Below, one piece after another: positions 1-10,152 of a stretch of DNA of 60,611 nucleotides. The stretch lies in IMG/VR virus record IMGVR_UViG_3300019458_000037, positions 1 through 60,611 of that record; one strand, written 5' to 3'. The translations under genes were made by a program, and so were the position numbers. Position 1 is the first letter of the stretch, and each line of letters begins with the position of its first letter. The notes below the pieces were generated by a model that worked only from the letters and a program-made list of their open reading frames with translations, made no database searches and was not told where the DNA came from. This DNA is from a virus. Lineage: Duplodnaviria; Caudoviricetes.

Positions 1-209
1 ATGACGCCACTTCAGAGACTCCGCTTTTCCTGTCCACGATGACGAGTTTATCGAACTCAGCGCACACCATTGATCTTGATGGTAGTATAAATGCTACAAC
101 GGGTACTCCAACGGGAAAGCAGCGTGCTTTGATTGCCGTGACAATGGAATTGGCACCGACGATAGAACTGGACACCGAAGAGCTACTCGGGCAGATGGCG
201 AGCTTTTAG
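1..209 (+). CDS. 3' end of the ~400-aa virion-associated protein starting at 59618 (spans circular junction)
   Basis: Last base c(60611)+at(1-2) gives CAT; the frame continues HDATSETPLFLSTMTSLSNSAHTIDLDGS...QMASF to TAG at 207-209. Confidence 0.85.
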   Translation, partial: DATSETPLFLSTMTSLSNSAHTIDLDGSINATTGTPTGKQRALIAVTMELAPTIELDTEELLGQMASF

Positions 210-239
210 AGGCGACGCGCACAAAGGAGGCGCGCGGGC

Positions 240-2159
240 ATGGCCACGAGACTGAAAACCGTCGAGTACTGGTTTCAAACCCTGGACTCGATTGTCGACA
301 ACACGGATACCAACTTCACGCAGATCACGGTCTATCTGCCAGAGACTGGGACCAAGACTTTCCGGTCAGTGACGCTGGAAGTCCAACTGCACAACCGGAA
401 CACGACCATCTCGAACTTGAACCGCCGCCAAATCTCACTTCAATTAGCAGCCGCAGGCTACAGCGCCGTCAACAACACGAACGCCATCACGCAATCCGGC
501 GAGCAATACAATATCCAGATGTCGGGGGATTTCACATCCTACTTCACGACCAACTGGTCAGGGACGTCGATGACCTGCGACGCCCGAATCCTCTGCGATG
601 ATGCCACGTCAACCCCGCTGAACCCGAGCTTCCACAATGCAACAGGACTGCTGACGATCACGTATGAATACGACGACACCTCAACCACGCAAGTCAAGAC
701 CGTTCGCATTCCGCTTGATGCGCCGCTCGGGGCGGTAGCGACTTCTAAGCCAGGCTCGGCTGTGGCGACGATTCCAGCCCTGGACACGTATTGCCCTGAG
801 GCCAGTAAGACATTTCGACAGCGGACGGTAGTGATACAGGGAAACAATAGTTCAGCCAGCACAACAGACTTCAGTATGTCCACTGAAGTCGATACGGCTG
901 GCGTCAAGACGGCCGGGACGGTGGAGGCAGGCTCGAACGCGGCCCAATGGCACAGGATCGTCTGGCACGAGAATGCCTTTACGACGAGCGCCACGCATAG
1001 CTGGTATCTCTGGGGGTCCTCCGCGAAGTGGAATCACATGCAAGCCTGGCTGGTGGTGACCTACGAGTTTAATGCCTCGACCAGCACGACTATCCTCAAT
1101 TCCTTGCTACTGCCGATGGAAGTCGATGGGGCGATGGGAGGAACGGCGGCAGGGGATGTGCAGCGGACTAAACGGAGCCTCTGGATTGAAGAACCGGCCA
1201 CGATTACCGTTCAAGATGCGGCGATCTTTGTCTTCTGGGATCAGTCTGCGGCGATGACTGGCCTCAATATGCAGGCCTACCGCGATGGGGTCACGCCGCC
1301 TGGGTATTCCTCGTATACCGACCAAGCGGCTGCCTTATGCGGCTGCAATGGAGCGATGTTCTTGGTGCCCACCCCATCAACCAACATGGCGCTGGCGCGA
1401 GGGCTGAACACCTTAGTGCATGACATCTATAACACTGATGCCACGAATCGCGGCTATAACGTCTCAACCTTCTGGCTAATCAACTACCATAGCGGGAAGC
1501 ATACAGACGGCGTGGGAGCGCATAACCATTCCGTAGCATGGAACATCTTTACGCACGGCACTGGGACCGCAAACGTCTCACGACTTGTCTCAGCAACCGC
1601 CCCCATCATTCCCGAGGCTAGTTATTTCTTAAACAGCATCGGGATGAATTATCAGTACTACACTAACTCGACGGGCAACGCTGCGGGCGTGGCAGTGGGC
1701 GCAGAAATCTCCTCTGGAACTGGCTGGGCGATCATCTACGAAGGCATGGGCGGGACGGACCCGGAAATCGGGACACGGCAGATATGGGGCACGGCGCGAT
1801 CCGTCTTTCAGCGATGGCCTGGCGACAATGCCGACTCTGATCGTCTGGACTTGGAAACCGCTCGGCGTTGGCGAGCGACGGTCGGCGGGTCGGCGAATTC
1901 ATGGGACCACATGGATCTATGGTTTACCTATCACACGATTAGTGCGGTGCAGACGCGGGCCATTACTGGATCAGGCGGAGGCACGGTCAATATCGCCATT
2001 CATCGAACGGCCGGAGATGAGCGCATTGCGACGACCTCGCGGTCTGGAAACGGGAATTATACTTTCACTTGGTATGACGATACGGCCACGCTCTATGCGG
2101 TGGCGCGCGAAGACGCGACGCACGTCGGGCGCAGCGAGAACTTTACGCCAAGCCTCTAG
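240..2159 (+). CDS. Putative virion structural/decoration protein, Thr/Ser-rich beta protein (639 aa)
   Basis: Long ORF with AAGGAGG RBS; T/S/G-rich composition; lies among virion accessory genes. Confidence 0.7.
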   Translation: MATRLKTVEYWFQTLDSIVDNTDTNFTQITVYLPETGTKTFRSVTLEVQLHNRNTTISNLNRRQISLQLAAAGYSAVNNTNAITQSGEQYNIQMSGDFTSYFTTNWSGTSMTCDARILCDDATSTPLNPSFHNATGLLTITYEYDDTSTTQVKTVRIPLDAPLGAVATSKPGSAVATIPALDTYCPEASKTFRQRTVVIQGNNSSASTTDFSMSTEVDTAGVKTAGTVEAGSNAAQWHRIVWHENAFTTSATHSWYLWGSSAKWNHMQAWLVVTYEFNASTSTTILNSLLLPMEVDGAMGGTAAGDVQRTKRSLWIEEPATITVQDAAIFVFWDQSAAMTGLNMQAYRDGVTPPGYSSYTDQAAALCGCNGAMFLVPTPSTNMALARGLNTLVHDIYNTDATNRGYNVSTFWLINYHSGKHTDGVGAHNHSVAWNIFTHGTGTANVSRLVSATAPIIPEASYFLNSIGMNYQYYTNSTGNAAGVAVGAEISSGTGWAIIYEGMGGTDPEIGTRQIWGTARSVFQRWPGDNADSDRLDLETARRWRATVGGSANSWDHMDLWFTYHTISAVQTRAITGSGGGTVNIAIHRTAGDERIATTSRSGNGNYTFTWYDDTATLYAVAREDATHVGRSENFTPSL

Positions 2160-2169
2160 CTAGGAGGGG

Positions 2170-2280
2170 ATGATGGTAGACGGGGATATTCAGTTGAGGG
2201 ATCCCGGCGCGACGGCCGGCGACATCTCGCTCACGTCGGCGGCGGCAGAAGAGGAGCTAAGAACGTTTATGGTAGGCTAA
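2170..2280 (+). CDS. Small hypothetical protein (36 aa, MMVDGDIQLRDPG...)
   Basis: AGGAGG RBS directly upstream; fills the gap between genes; below the ORF-track cutoff. Confidence 0.55.
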   Translation: MMVDGDIQLRDPGATAGDISLTSAAAEEELRTFMVG

Positions 2281-2303
2281 TCGCCTAGAAAGGAGTACTG
2301 CCG

Positions 2304-2903
2304 ATGATCGCTGATCCGCCTCACATGAAAGCGCCCATGGCGATCTATTTTTGTGAATCCTGCGGCGCGCATTTCCCCCACATGGGCAGCAAGCGTTCAA
2401 GCCAGCGCGCCGCACTGCACCAATCCGCCGGGCATGTGGTCGTGGTCACCGAACGGGATCCCGCGACGATGACGGTGACGGGCGTGACCAGAGACGGCAA
2501 GATAGTCAAGCGCGATGACGTCAAGCGCCATATTGCCGAGGAAACCGAGCATTGCGAACCGATCTATTGGTGTCAAACCTGCGGATGGTCGATTGCACAA
2601 GATCAGAGCGAGCAAAGCTACCAGGATATGCTCGACCATCAAGCGCTCGGGCACGTAGTCGTGGTGACCGAGGCAGATCCGAGGGATCTGCAGGTGACGG
2701 CGCGCCAGCGCACGAGCGACGATGCCGAGCAGATCAATGACGCCATTACGCGCATAAAGGCAGGGGAAAGCAACGTGGCGGTCTCGCTGGCACGTGAGCC
2801 TGAATTGCTCTTGCATGGCACCGGTCGCGTGCAGTTGCAGAAGGAACCCGTAGCCGTACCGGCACGCCAAGACGACGAGGAAGAGAGCTTTCATGACCTC
2901 TAG
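2304..2903 (+). CDS. Hypothetical protein with duplicated CxxC...HxxxGH zinc-binding module
   Basis: IYFCESCG...LHQSAGHVVVVTE and IYWCQTCG...DHQALGHVVVVTE; AAGGAG RBS. Confidence 0.7.
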   Translation: MIADPPHMKAPMAIYFCESCGAHFPHMGSKRSSQRAALHQSAGHVVVVTERDPATMTVTGVTRDGKIVKRDDVKRHIAEETEHCEPIYWCQTCGWSIAQDQSEQSYQDMLDHQALGHVVVVTEADPRDLQVTARQRTSDDAEQINDAITRIKAGESNVAVSLAREPELLLHGTGRVQLQKEPVAVPARQDDEEESFHDL

Positions 2904-2942
2904 CGGCAGGGAAATGGTAAATAGCTTTTCTTTCGGAGGCAG

Positions 2943-3221
2943 ATGGGCTACCTTCTGAAGTGGAGTGAAGGCGGCGCGAAGATCGATCTGGAAGCCGATA
3001 CCATTTCGTGCTCGCATTGTCAAAAGGTCGTCTGCAAGCAAACGGTGGTGGTCGATGGGCGAGCGATTACCGGATGGAATGAGCGAGGGGCCTGGTGCTG
3101 GGGCTGCGGCAAACCGCTATGTTTGTCCTGTTATGGCAGGCTGTCGCAGACCGGCTGCATTCCCTTTCTCAAACAAATGGAGAAGGCCTTGCAGCGCGCC
3201 CGTTTGAAATCGCAGGTCTGA
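2943..3221 (+). CDS. Small Cys-rich zinc-finger protein
   Basis: CSHC, CWGC and CLSC motifs; GGAGG RBS. Confidence 0.65.
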   Translation: MGYLLKWSEGGAKIDLEADTISCSHCQKVVCKQTVVVDGRAITGWNERGAWCWGCGKPLCLSCYGRLSQTGCIPFLKQMEKALQRARLKSQV

Positions 3222-3225
3222 GCCT

Positions 3226-3756
3226 ATGTACACCCTGATTGCACGCTATCAAGGCAGTCTGGAACGTCTACTCGCAGAAATTCCTCGTCTCTCCCCTCAG
3301 CGCGGAGGGGGAGGCTATTGCTGCACCTATCATGATTCGTCACGCGCCATTTTCGAGCCACTCGTGAAGGAGAGTTTCCCCGGGCTCTGGACCGCCTGCT
3401 TTGCGGTGGTCGTCTGGCCTGACGGCCATATCATGCCGCATGAACAATCAGGGGAGGTGATCGAGGACGGCTCAATGCGGTATCATTTGGTCCTGCAGAC
3501 GAATGACAAGTCATGGAATATGCACAACAATCAATGGCAGCGCCTAGAGCGAGGCGGGTTATATGAAATGGACCCTCGTTTCGTCCACGCCTCGATCAAT
3601 TGGGGCGCGGAGCCGCGCATTCACTTGGTCGTCGATATTGATGGAGGCATGCATAGTCTCGGCAAGGACATGATGGCTATAGCTCAGGCAGAGGTATTTG
3701 CCAATACAGTTGTGGGAGTGCCGAGCCACGCCATACAGTCTGTCGTGCTCAAGTAG
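3226..3756 (+). CDS. Aspartyl/asparaginyl beta-hydroxylase-like cupin (2OG-Fe dioxygenase fold)
   Basis: GHIMPH...RYHLVLQTN...HASINWGAEPRIHLVVD motif typical of the family. Confidence 0.7.
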   Translation: MYTLIARYQGSLERLLAEIPRLSPQRGGGGYCCTYHDSSRAIFEPLVKESFPGLWTACFAVVVWPDGHIMPHEQSGEVIEDGSMRYHLVLQTNDKSWNMHNNQWQRLERGGLYEMDPRFVHASINWGAEPRIHLVVDIDGGMHSLGKDMMAIAQAEVFANTVVGVPSHAIQSVVLK

Positions 3757-3829
3757 CGCGTAAGTTCAACAATGGCCGCCCCATGGATGACTGACCGTCG
3801 CGCGGCGTTTTTAACGAAGGAGGGCATCC

Positions 3830-4288
3830 ATGGCAGGGTATTCAACCTCTAGGGCAGCCTTTACACCGTCAGCGACCCAGAACGTCGTGCTCGAAGCCGA
3901 TACCGCCGGTGACTACGGTCGTGTGACCAAGGTCACCTGGGGCGGCGAACTGACGACCAGCACCGCGGCGCGCACGCGCTGGGTGCGTCCCTCGACCGGC
4001 GGATCCGGTATCTTCACCGCGGTCGTGATTCAATCCAGCCATCCGTCCAATAGCGCACGGCTGCGTACCGGGACCTTCGGCACTGCGCCGACCATTCCTG
4101 GCGCGCCAGAAGCGCTGCTGGGGATTTCATGGAACCAGCACGGTGGCGGTGGTATCTGGTCCGCCTCGCAGGTCGACGAGGAATGGGTGGTGCTCAATGG
4201 CGTCGGTCAGGCGCAGATTTCCTGTGTGAACGACGTCGGGGTCTCGGCCACCTCGATGTCCACTTCGATCCACCGGCGCGAAGACTAA
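3830..4288 (+). CDS. Putative virion protein (152 aa)
   Basis: Strong RBS; G/T/S-rich composition; structural gene context. Confidence 0.6.
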   Translation: MAGYSTSRAAFTPSATQNVVLEADTAGDYGRVTKVTWGGELTTSTAARTRWVRPSTGGSGIFTAVVIQSSHPSNSARLRTGTFGTAPTIPGAPEALLGISWNQHGGGGIWSASQVDEEWVVLNGVGQAQISCVNDVGVSATSMSTSIHRRED

Positions 4289-4318
4289 CAGTCGTCCGCT
4301 AGAGGATTGGAGCAGCGG

Positions 4319-4365
4319 AGGGCCGTGCTGGACCTTCCCTCCCCGGCCGGCCCTCACCCTTTTTG
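4319..4365 (+). terminator. Possible intrinsic terminator
   Basis: GAGGGCCG...CGGCCCTC stem with a long loop, followed by ACCCTTTTT. Confidence 0.35.
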
Positions 4366-4377
4366 TGAAAGGAGCCT

Positions 4378-6933
4378 ATGGCTGGTAAAGCCATCATGGG
4401 GCATGCCAAGCGGGCGGCGACCGCTGTCGTCTTGGCGAATGTCGTCTGGGCGGCCCAAAACCCGTATGAAGCACGCGAGCTAGAGCATTGGGCGAGAGGG
4501 CAAGATCGTCAATCCACCGCCATTCCGCTCAGTGCGCTCTATGCGGGGTTGAACCCCTATGAAGCGAGGGAACTTGAACGCTGGGCGTTCACCTCTCCGC
4601 CAGTCGCGCCGCTCTATACACTAAAAGACGTCTATCGGGCACCGAAATACCTTGGGATTAAGCTCGGCGGGCGGTGGTCAGGCTCGACTCTGCGCCAACC
4701 GCCTCGCCAGACCGTTTCGTCGATTGCGCCAAAATCAGAAGAGTTTGAGGTCTATGAATCATGGCGTCAAGCTATCACCGCGGCGCCGCCGCAACCGACG
4801 GCCTCGAAACGCTCGGATGTCTTTGCCGGGCTCAATCCCTATGAAGCGCGTGAATTAGAGCATTGGGCGTTTGGACCACCTCGACAGGCAATTCCCATTC
4901 CGCTCAGCGCATGGCATGCCGGGCTCAATCCCTATGAAGCGGTCGAGGCGCAACGACTCATTCCTGGTGCCGCGCGTCAGCTTGAACCATTCAAGCTCTC
5001 TTCGATCCAACCAGGGCTGAATCCTGAAGAATCGCTGGAATTGCACAAGACGCTACAAGGCGCCGCGCGTGCGCTCACGGCACTTCCTCAATCATCTTGG
5101 TACCCGCTGCAGATCGAGGAAGCACTGATCCCTCTGCCGGAAGAATTGTTGCGTCCGCACGTTACGGTACCGAGGCAACCGCAACCCATTCCGATCAGTC
5201 TGGTGCGAGAAGGGATAAACCCTGAAGAATCAGTGGAGATACGACGCCTGCTGCCAGACGCGCCCTATGCGCCGACCGCTGTCCCGCTCAGCGCGATCCA
5301 AGTCAGCGTGACCCCAGAAGAAGCGCGCGAGCTAGAGCGCTTTACGGTCGGCGACCTACGTCAGCCTGAGCCGAGCAAGCTCAGCGCGATCACGGCGGGG
5401 CTGAATCCCGAAGAAGCGTTGGAAGTGCAACGTCTCGTGACGACACCCGAGCGTCAGCTTGAGCCTGAACCATTCAGCCTGACCATTCCGCCGAGCATTG
5501 CCATTCCAGAGGTCTTTACGCTCAACCTGTTGGCTGGCAGTGAGTTTGCGCGCCCGCTCTATTTTGCCGCCTCCCAATGGAAGGTGCGTCAGATCGACGA
5601 TCCGCTCATCGTTGAGGTGATTGAAAATAAATTCCGACTCAGCGCCCCGCGCCAACCGCAGCCGGTGAAATTCTCGCTGGTGCGCAAACCGCAATACAAA
5701 GGGCGCATTTTCTTCGGGCATTGGATCAAATCACAGGTGCGCGTGCCGCTGCTGCCGAAGGTCTCCTCCTTGGTGCCGGTGCGACCTGTTGGTCTACCCA
5801 TCATTGACTTGCCGGTCGAACTGCAGCACTTCCTACAGCCAGACCCTCGCACGCGCGTAAGAGACACGCAGTCGCTCTATTGGTCCGGGCGGGCAGGCCA
5901 CCAGCATGCACGGTGGCGCTTCGCACATCCAGAATGGCAGCGGTTGCCATTCTTCCCAATTTCACGCACCTGGTATTACGCACCGCATGAACCGGCCATC
6001 GACGTCGAGCGGCATTGGACCATCGAGCACCAGCGCCAATTCGTGCGCCAAACCGAAAGTGCATTTCGCCTCCTGCAGATCAGCCCCGCGGTCGATCTGC
6101 CTGAAGAATTAAGCCTTTGGACGGTGGGCCAAGATTCACAACCGCCTCGCCAGCACGTAGATCGTATCATCACCATCAAGGTCACGGATCCAGAGTTTGA
6201 AATCCCCATTGAATTGCGCAAGCTGCTGACGGTGGTGGATCGACATCCGACCAGGCCGGAAGAGGTCATGATCGTCAGCCCATCCCTAGCACATGAACCG
6301 CCGCCAGGGCTGGCCGCGCTTGATCTGGATATGTTGAAAGAGCGCGCCAGAGGGCTGCGCGAAGCGAATCTAACGATAGGGCCTCCATTGGGCCTACCGC
6401 TCGCCGAAGAGCTGCAGCGGGCCTTTACCAATGTGCCCTCTTGGCCCGCGCGTTCGCCCGAATCGCTGATCTTGCCCAAGCAGGTGGATTATGAATTGCT
6501 GCCGCGCGTGCTCGCCATGCAGGCGTTCGTCGAGCGCACGCGCCATTATCGCACCGAGAGCCGTTGGCTGCTCACGCCCTCAGGGCTGGTGGTTCCTGAA
6601 GAGACCATCCAATGGCATACCGGGGCCGAGCGTGCGGCGGTGCCGCTCGATCTGGAAGCGCAGCAAATCGCCAGAACCCCGCTCGGGCTGCCGACGGCCG
6701 AAGAGAGCGCACGGTGGTGGTCGACCTCGCCGAGACTGCTCTATACGCTGAGGCCGACGCAATCGCTCTTCCTGCGGCCACCGATTGCGGAACTATTGAT
6801 CGGCGCCCCGCTGCCCTTCAAGATCTGTGCCGATGGGCAAATCTTTACCATCAACGCCGGTGATCGTGTGGTGATTGACGCCGACGGGCAACTCTTCATC
6901 ATCAAGCCGGACGAGAAGGGAGGCCAGTGCTAG
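4378..6933 (+). CDS. Large Pro-rich repeat protein (851 aa) with ~32-aa GLNPYEARELE-type repeats
   Basis: About 8 recognisable (G/A)xNP(Y/E)E(A/S)xE repeats in the N-terminal half; AAGGAG RBS. Confidence 0.75.
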   Translation: MAGKAIMGHAKRAATAVVLANVVWAAQNPYEARELEHWARGQDRQSTAIPLSALYAGLNPYEARELERWAFTSPPVAPLYTLKDVYRAPKYLGIKLGGRWSGSTLRQPPRQTVSSIAPKSEEFEVYESWRQAITAAPPQPTASKRSDVFAGLNPYEARELEHWAFGPPRQAIPIPLSAWHAGLNPYEAVEAQRLIPGAARQLEPFKLSSIQPGLNPEESLELHKTLQGAARALTALPQSSWYPLQIEEALIPLPEELLRPHVTVPRQPQPIPISLVREGINPEESVEIRRLLPDAPYAPTAVPLSAIQVSVTPEEARELERFTVGDLRQPEPSKLSAITAGLNPEEALEVQRLVTTPERQLEPEPFSLTIPPSIAIPEVFTLNLLAGSEFARPLYFAASQWKVRQIDDPLIVEVIENKFRLSAPRQPQPVKFSLVRKPQYKGRIFFGHWIKSQVRVPLLPKVSSLVPVRPVGLPIIDLPVELQHFLQPDPRTRVRDTQSLYWSGRAGHQHARWRFAHPEWQRLPFFPISRTWYYAPHEPAIDVERHWTIEHQRQFVRQTESAFRLLQISPAVDLPEELSLWTVGQDSQPPRQHVDRIITIKVTDPEFEIPIELRKLLTVVDRHPTRPEEVMIVSPSLAHEPPPGLAALDLDMLKERARGLREANLTIGPPLGLPLAEELQRAFTNVPSWPARSPESLILPKQVDYELLPRVLAMQAFVERTRHYRTESRWLLTPSGLVVPEETIQWHTGAERAAVPLDLEAQQIARTPLGLPTAEESARWWSTSPRLLYTLRPTQSLFLRPPIAELLIGAPLPFKICADGQIFTINAGDRVVIDADGQLFIIKPDEKGGQC

Positions 6934-6937
6934 GCGC

Positions 6938-7237
6938 ATGGGAGGGTCCTTCATCAAACAACCGTATGAGGAATTCCAATTCCCCAATGAATGGGCCGGG
7001 AAACTGCCTACTGGCGCCTCGCTCAGCACGGCGGCCTTATCCGCGGTGGATGAAGATGGGAACGACGCCTCCACACTCGTGCTGCAATCGACCACGGGGA
7101 CGATCAGCGGCACGCAGGTCATTATTGGCGTCAAGGCAGGGGCGGCAGGGAAGAAATACAAGATCACGGACCGCGTCGTGCTCTCGAACGCCGACAAACT
7201 CGAAGACGATATTTGGATGTATGTGGAGGAGAAATGA
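6938..7237 (+). CDS. Small phage structural/adaptor protein
   Basis: MGGSFIKQPYE...GKKYKITDRVVLSNADKLEDDI resembles small phage virion adaptor proteins; overlaps the next start. Confidence 0.6.
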   Translation: MGGSFIKQPYEEFQFPNEWAGKLPTGASLSTAALSAVDEDGNDASTLVLQSTTGTISGTQVIIGVKAGAAGKKYKITDRVVLSNADKLEDDIWMYVEEK

Positions 7238-8217
7238 GCGGCGCCTTGGTTGAAGCCTGCACCATTGCCGAGCTAAAGGCCTTATCGATGCCGACCCCCT
7301 GCGGTGGGAGGATGGCAAAAGCCAAGCGGCCGCCGTATATTGACAGGTACGCCAGCGAGCCGGTCTATCGTATCATTCAACGCATTGCCGACCGCAACCG
7401 AGGACCAGTGCGGCGCGCCATTCTGAGCGCCATTGCCGATACACTGGGCGAGACGAGAGGGCGCGATTTCACCGCCGCGCTCGCCAGTCGCACTATCGAG
7501 GACGTCCTGAGAGCCGTCCCATGGGATGACGTCGCGGTCCCGAAGCTGCAGGAGAATCTGACGGAGCGTCTTGGCCAAATCGCCAGCGAGTCAGGCGAGG
7601 CCACTAATCGCTTTATTCCGCGAGAAGTGAAACTGAATTTGGACCTACTGAATGAGAAGGCCGTGCAATGGGCGGCGACGCGCTCAGCGGAGCTAATCAC
7701 GGTCGTGGGCAACGAAACCAAAGCGGCAATCAGGACCATGGTTGCGGAGGCCTTCCAGGAAGGGATCCCTGCGCGCACGCTCGGTCGACTGATTCGCCCC
7801 TTGATTGGGCTGAATGAGCGGCAAGCCAAAGCGGTGGTGACCTTTGGCTTGAACCTCATGGCCGAAGGTGTCTCGGTCGCCGAAACCGATGAACGTATGG
7901 AGCGCTATGCGCAGCGCTCGCTACGCTTTCGTGCGGAAATGATTGCACGGACCGAAACCATGCGCGCTGCCAATCGAGGGCAAGAATTGAATTGGGAGAG
8001 CGCGGTCGAGGAGGGGCTGATCGACCGCACGCAATTGGTGCGCGAGTGGATCACGACCCCTGATGATCGATTATGCCCGCTCTGCGAACCGCAGGACGGG
8101 CTGCGTGCCAAGATCGGCGAACCATTTGCCTTGCGCCAGCCTGCCGAAGGGCTGGCGGACACGCCGAACGAAATTCATCCGATGTGCCGTTGCGCGGAAG
8201 GACTAGTGGAGGCCTAG
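7234..8217 (+). CDS. Phage Mu gpF / SPP1 gp7-like minor head morphogenesis protein
   Basis: RAEMIARTETMRAAN...WITTPDDRLCPLC...HPMCRC C-terminal motif. Confidence 0.9.
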   Translation: MSGALVEACTIAELKALSMPTPCGGRMAKAKRPPYIDRYASEPVYRIIQRIADRNRGPVRRAILSAIADTLGETRGRDFTAALASRTIEDVLRAVPWDDVAVPKLQENLTERLGQIASESGEATNRFIPREVKLNLDLLNEKAVQWAATRSAELITVVGNETKAAIRTMVAEAFQEGIPARTLGRLIRPLIGLNERQAKAVVTFGLNLMAEGVSVAETDERMERYAQRSLRFRAEMIARTETMRAANRGQELNWESAVEEGLIDRTQLVREWITTPDDRLCPLCEPQDGLRAKIGEPFALRQPAEGLADTPNEIHPMCRCAEGLVEA

Positions 8218-8218
8218 C

Positions 8219-8632
8219 GTGAAGCAGATCCTTTCATCGGTGCATATTGCCAAGACCATTCCATCGGAGCGGCTCGTCGTGGGATGGGCCTCCATCGTGC
8301 GGCAGAACGGGCAGGACGTCATTGATGAACAGGGCGATATTATTCCGCCGGAGGTGCTCGAAAAGGCCGCCATCGACTTCTCGCTCTATGTGCGCAAGGC
8401 GGGCGAACAGCACCAGCGCCTTGAAGGCATCGGGCGTTTGGTCTGGTCCTTGGTCACCACCGACGAGATGGTGAAGGCGCTGTTTCCTGCTGCACATGCA
8501 GGCGCGATTCCCGTGGGATGGATAGTGGGATTCAAAATCGACGACGAGAACACTTGGGCTAAGGTGCAGAATGGGGAGCTATCCGCCTTTTCGATTGGAG
8601 GCACCGGCGTGCGCGAGCCGGTGGCGTCCTGA
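8219..8632 (+). CDS. XkdF-like putative prohead serine protease
   Basis: RLVVGWAS...DEQGD...GWIVGFKIDD..W.KVQNGELSAFSIGG signature. Confidence 0.85.
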   Translation: MKQILSSVHIAKTIPSERLVVGWASIVRQNGQDVIDEQGDIIPPEVLEKAAIDFSLYVRKAGEQHQRLEGIGRLVWSLVTTDEMVKALFPAAHAGAIPVGWIVGFKIDDENTWAKVQNGELSAFSIGGTGVREPVAS

Positions 8633-9039
8633 TGGCCAATAAACTCAAAAATCTGGTTCTCGACGAGGTCTCCTTAGTCGATACCGGCGCGAATAAAGGC
8701 GCGCGTATTTCGCTCTTCAAACGAGGCGCGACTGTGCTGGAAAAGAAAATCGTGCGTCGCGAGGGGCAATGGTGCGTTACGACCGAAGATGGCCGTAAAA
8801 CCCTCGGCTGTCATGATAGCCATGCCGCCGCGCTGCGTCACCTGCGTGCGATTGAAGCCAATAAGGGGATGTCCGCGCTGCTTGGTCTATTGACTGGCGA
8901 TACGTCGGTGGTGAAAGTCGCCACGTTAGATCCGGTGATCGAGTCCTTGTCGCTCTCCGATCCGTGGACTTTGCATGCGTGGATCAACGAACGAGCAAGA
9001 AACGAGCAAGAAAGGAGGGAGCACGATGACGGCTCGTGA
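8632..9039 (+). CDS. Head morphogenesis protein
   Basis: MANKLKNLVLDEVSLVDTGANKGARISLFKR N-terminus typical downstream of XkdF; contains a KTLGCH...ALRHLRAIEANK module. Confidence 0.7.
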   Translation: MANKLKNLVLDEVSLVDTGANKGARISLFKRGATVLEKKIVRREGQWCVTTEDGRKTLGCHDSHAAALRHLRAIEANKGMSALLGLLTGDTSVVKVATLDPVIESLSLSDPWTLHAWINERARNEQERREHDDGS

Positions 9040-10084
9040 ATTTCTGAAAGAGGTCTGGCAGCGCTTAGGGTATGACCAGGTCTCGGTTCAAAAACTCGAC
9101 GACGAAATTGCCACCTTTCAAGACAGCTTGGCGCGCCGTCAATTCAATATGATTATGGAAGACGTGTCCGTGCATTCGAGCGCGCTCATGGACACGCTCT
9201 ATGGCATCGTCTATGGGCAGGCTGGCGACGACCGCGCAGCCTTGGCCGCAAAGGCCATCGCCGATATGGCGGGCGCCTTGGACGCGGCGGTGGCATCATG
9301 GCTGAGCCCTGAATCCGTCAGCAAAGAAGGGCGCAAGATCAGCGCGGAACGGCTCAACCGTCTGCGCGGCATGGCGAAAATGCTACAAGAACTCTTGCGC
9401 GAGGTGGACGCACAGAAAGGAGGAGGAGCAATGGGAGAATTCAAGAAAGAAGGACTGGCAGCCGAGGTACTCAAGCATATTGAGGACCTTGAAAAACGTG
9501 TTGAGGCGGCTGAACAAGGGCAGAAGGCCGCCGAAGAGGCGCTGGCGAAGGCGAAGGACAAGAAAGAGCCAGAGAAAGATGAAGACGTGCTCAAGGATCT
9601 TTCGCCTGCCGCGCGTGCGCTGATCGAGAAGCAACAGAAAGAGATGGACGCGCTCAAGCAACAGAGCGAGGAATCGGCTAAGATCGCCAAGGAAGAGCGC
9701 GAGCAGCGTATCTTAAAAGAGTATGAAGGCAGGATCGGCGACTATAAGTCGCTCGGCTTGGTCAAGGCCGATGCCTCGATACTCAAGGCCATCGACGAGA
9801 AATTGACCAAAGAGGAAGCCAAGCGCCTCTGGGAGGTGTTGAAGCAGGCGGATGCTTCATTGCTCAAGAGCGCACTGTTCCACGAGACCGGCGTGGGCGG
9901 TGGCGAGAGCGACGCGGGCACCGCGGTGGGAGAATTCGAGAACAAGTGCAACGAGGCCATCGAAAAGAAGGAAGCGAAGAACATGGGCGAGGCCGTGGAA
10001 TTGATCGGCAAGCGTGAGCCGGACCTGTACCTACGCTACCGCGACGAGCAACTGCAGCGCGGAGGGGCGAAGAGTCGCAGTTAG
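9026..10084 (+). CDS. Capsid scaffolding protein
   Basis: K/E-rich coiled coil located between protease and capsid genes; GGAGG RBS. Confidence 0.75.
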   Translation: MTAREFLKEVWQRLGYDQVSVQKLDDEIATFQDSLARRQFNMIMEDVSVHSSALMDTLYGIVYGQAGDDRAALAAKAIADMAGALDAAVASWLSPESVSKEGRKISAERLNRLRGMAKMLQELLREVDAQKGGGAMGEFKKEGLAAEVLKHIEDLEKRVEAAEQGQKAAEEALAKAKDKKEPEKDEDVLKDLSPAARALIEKQQKEMDALKQQSEESAKIAKEEREQRILKEYEGRIGDYKSLGLVKADASILKAIDEKLTKEEAKRLWEVLKQADASLLKSALFHETGVGGGESDAGTAVGEFENKCNEAIEKKEAKNMGEAVELIGKREPDLYLRYRDEQLQRGGAKSRS

Positions 10085-10152
10085 TACACGGCTCGATCTT
10101 TGCTGAGAGGTGTGCGTATCGCTGTAGATTGAACAGAAGGGAGGAATAGGAC

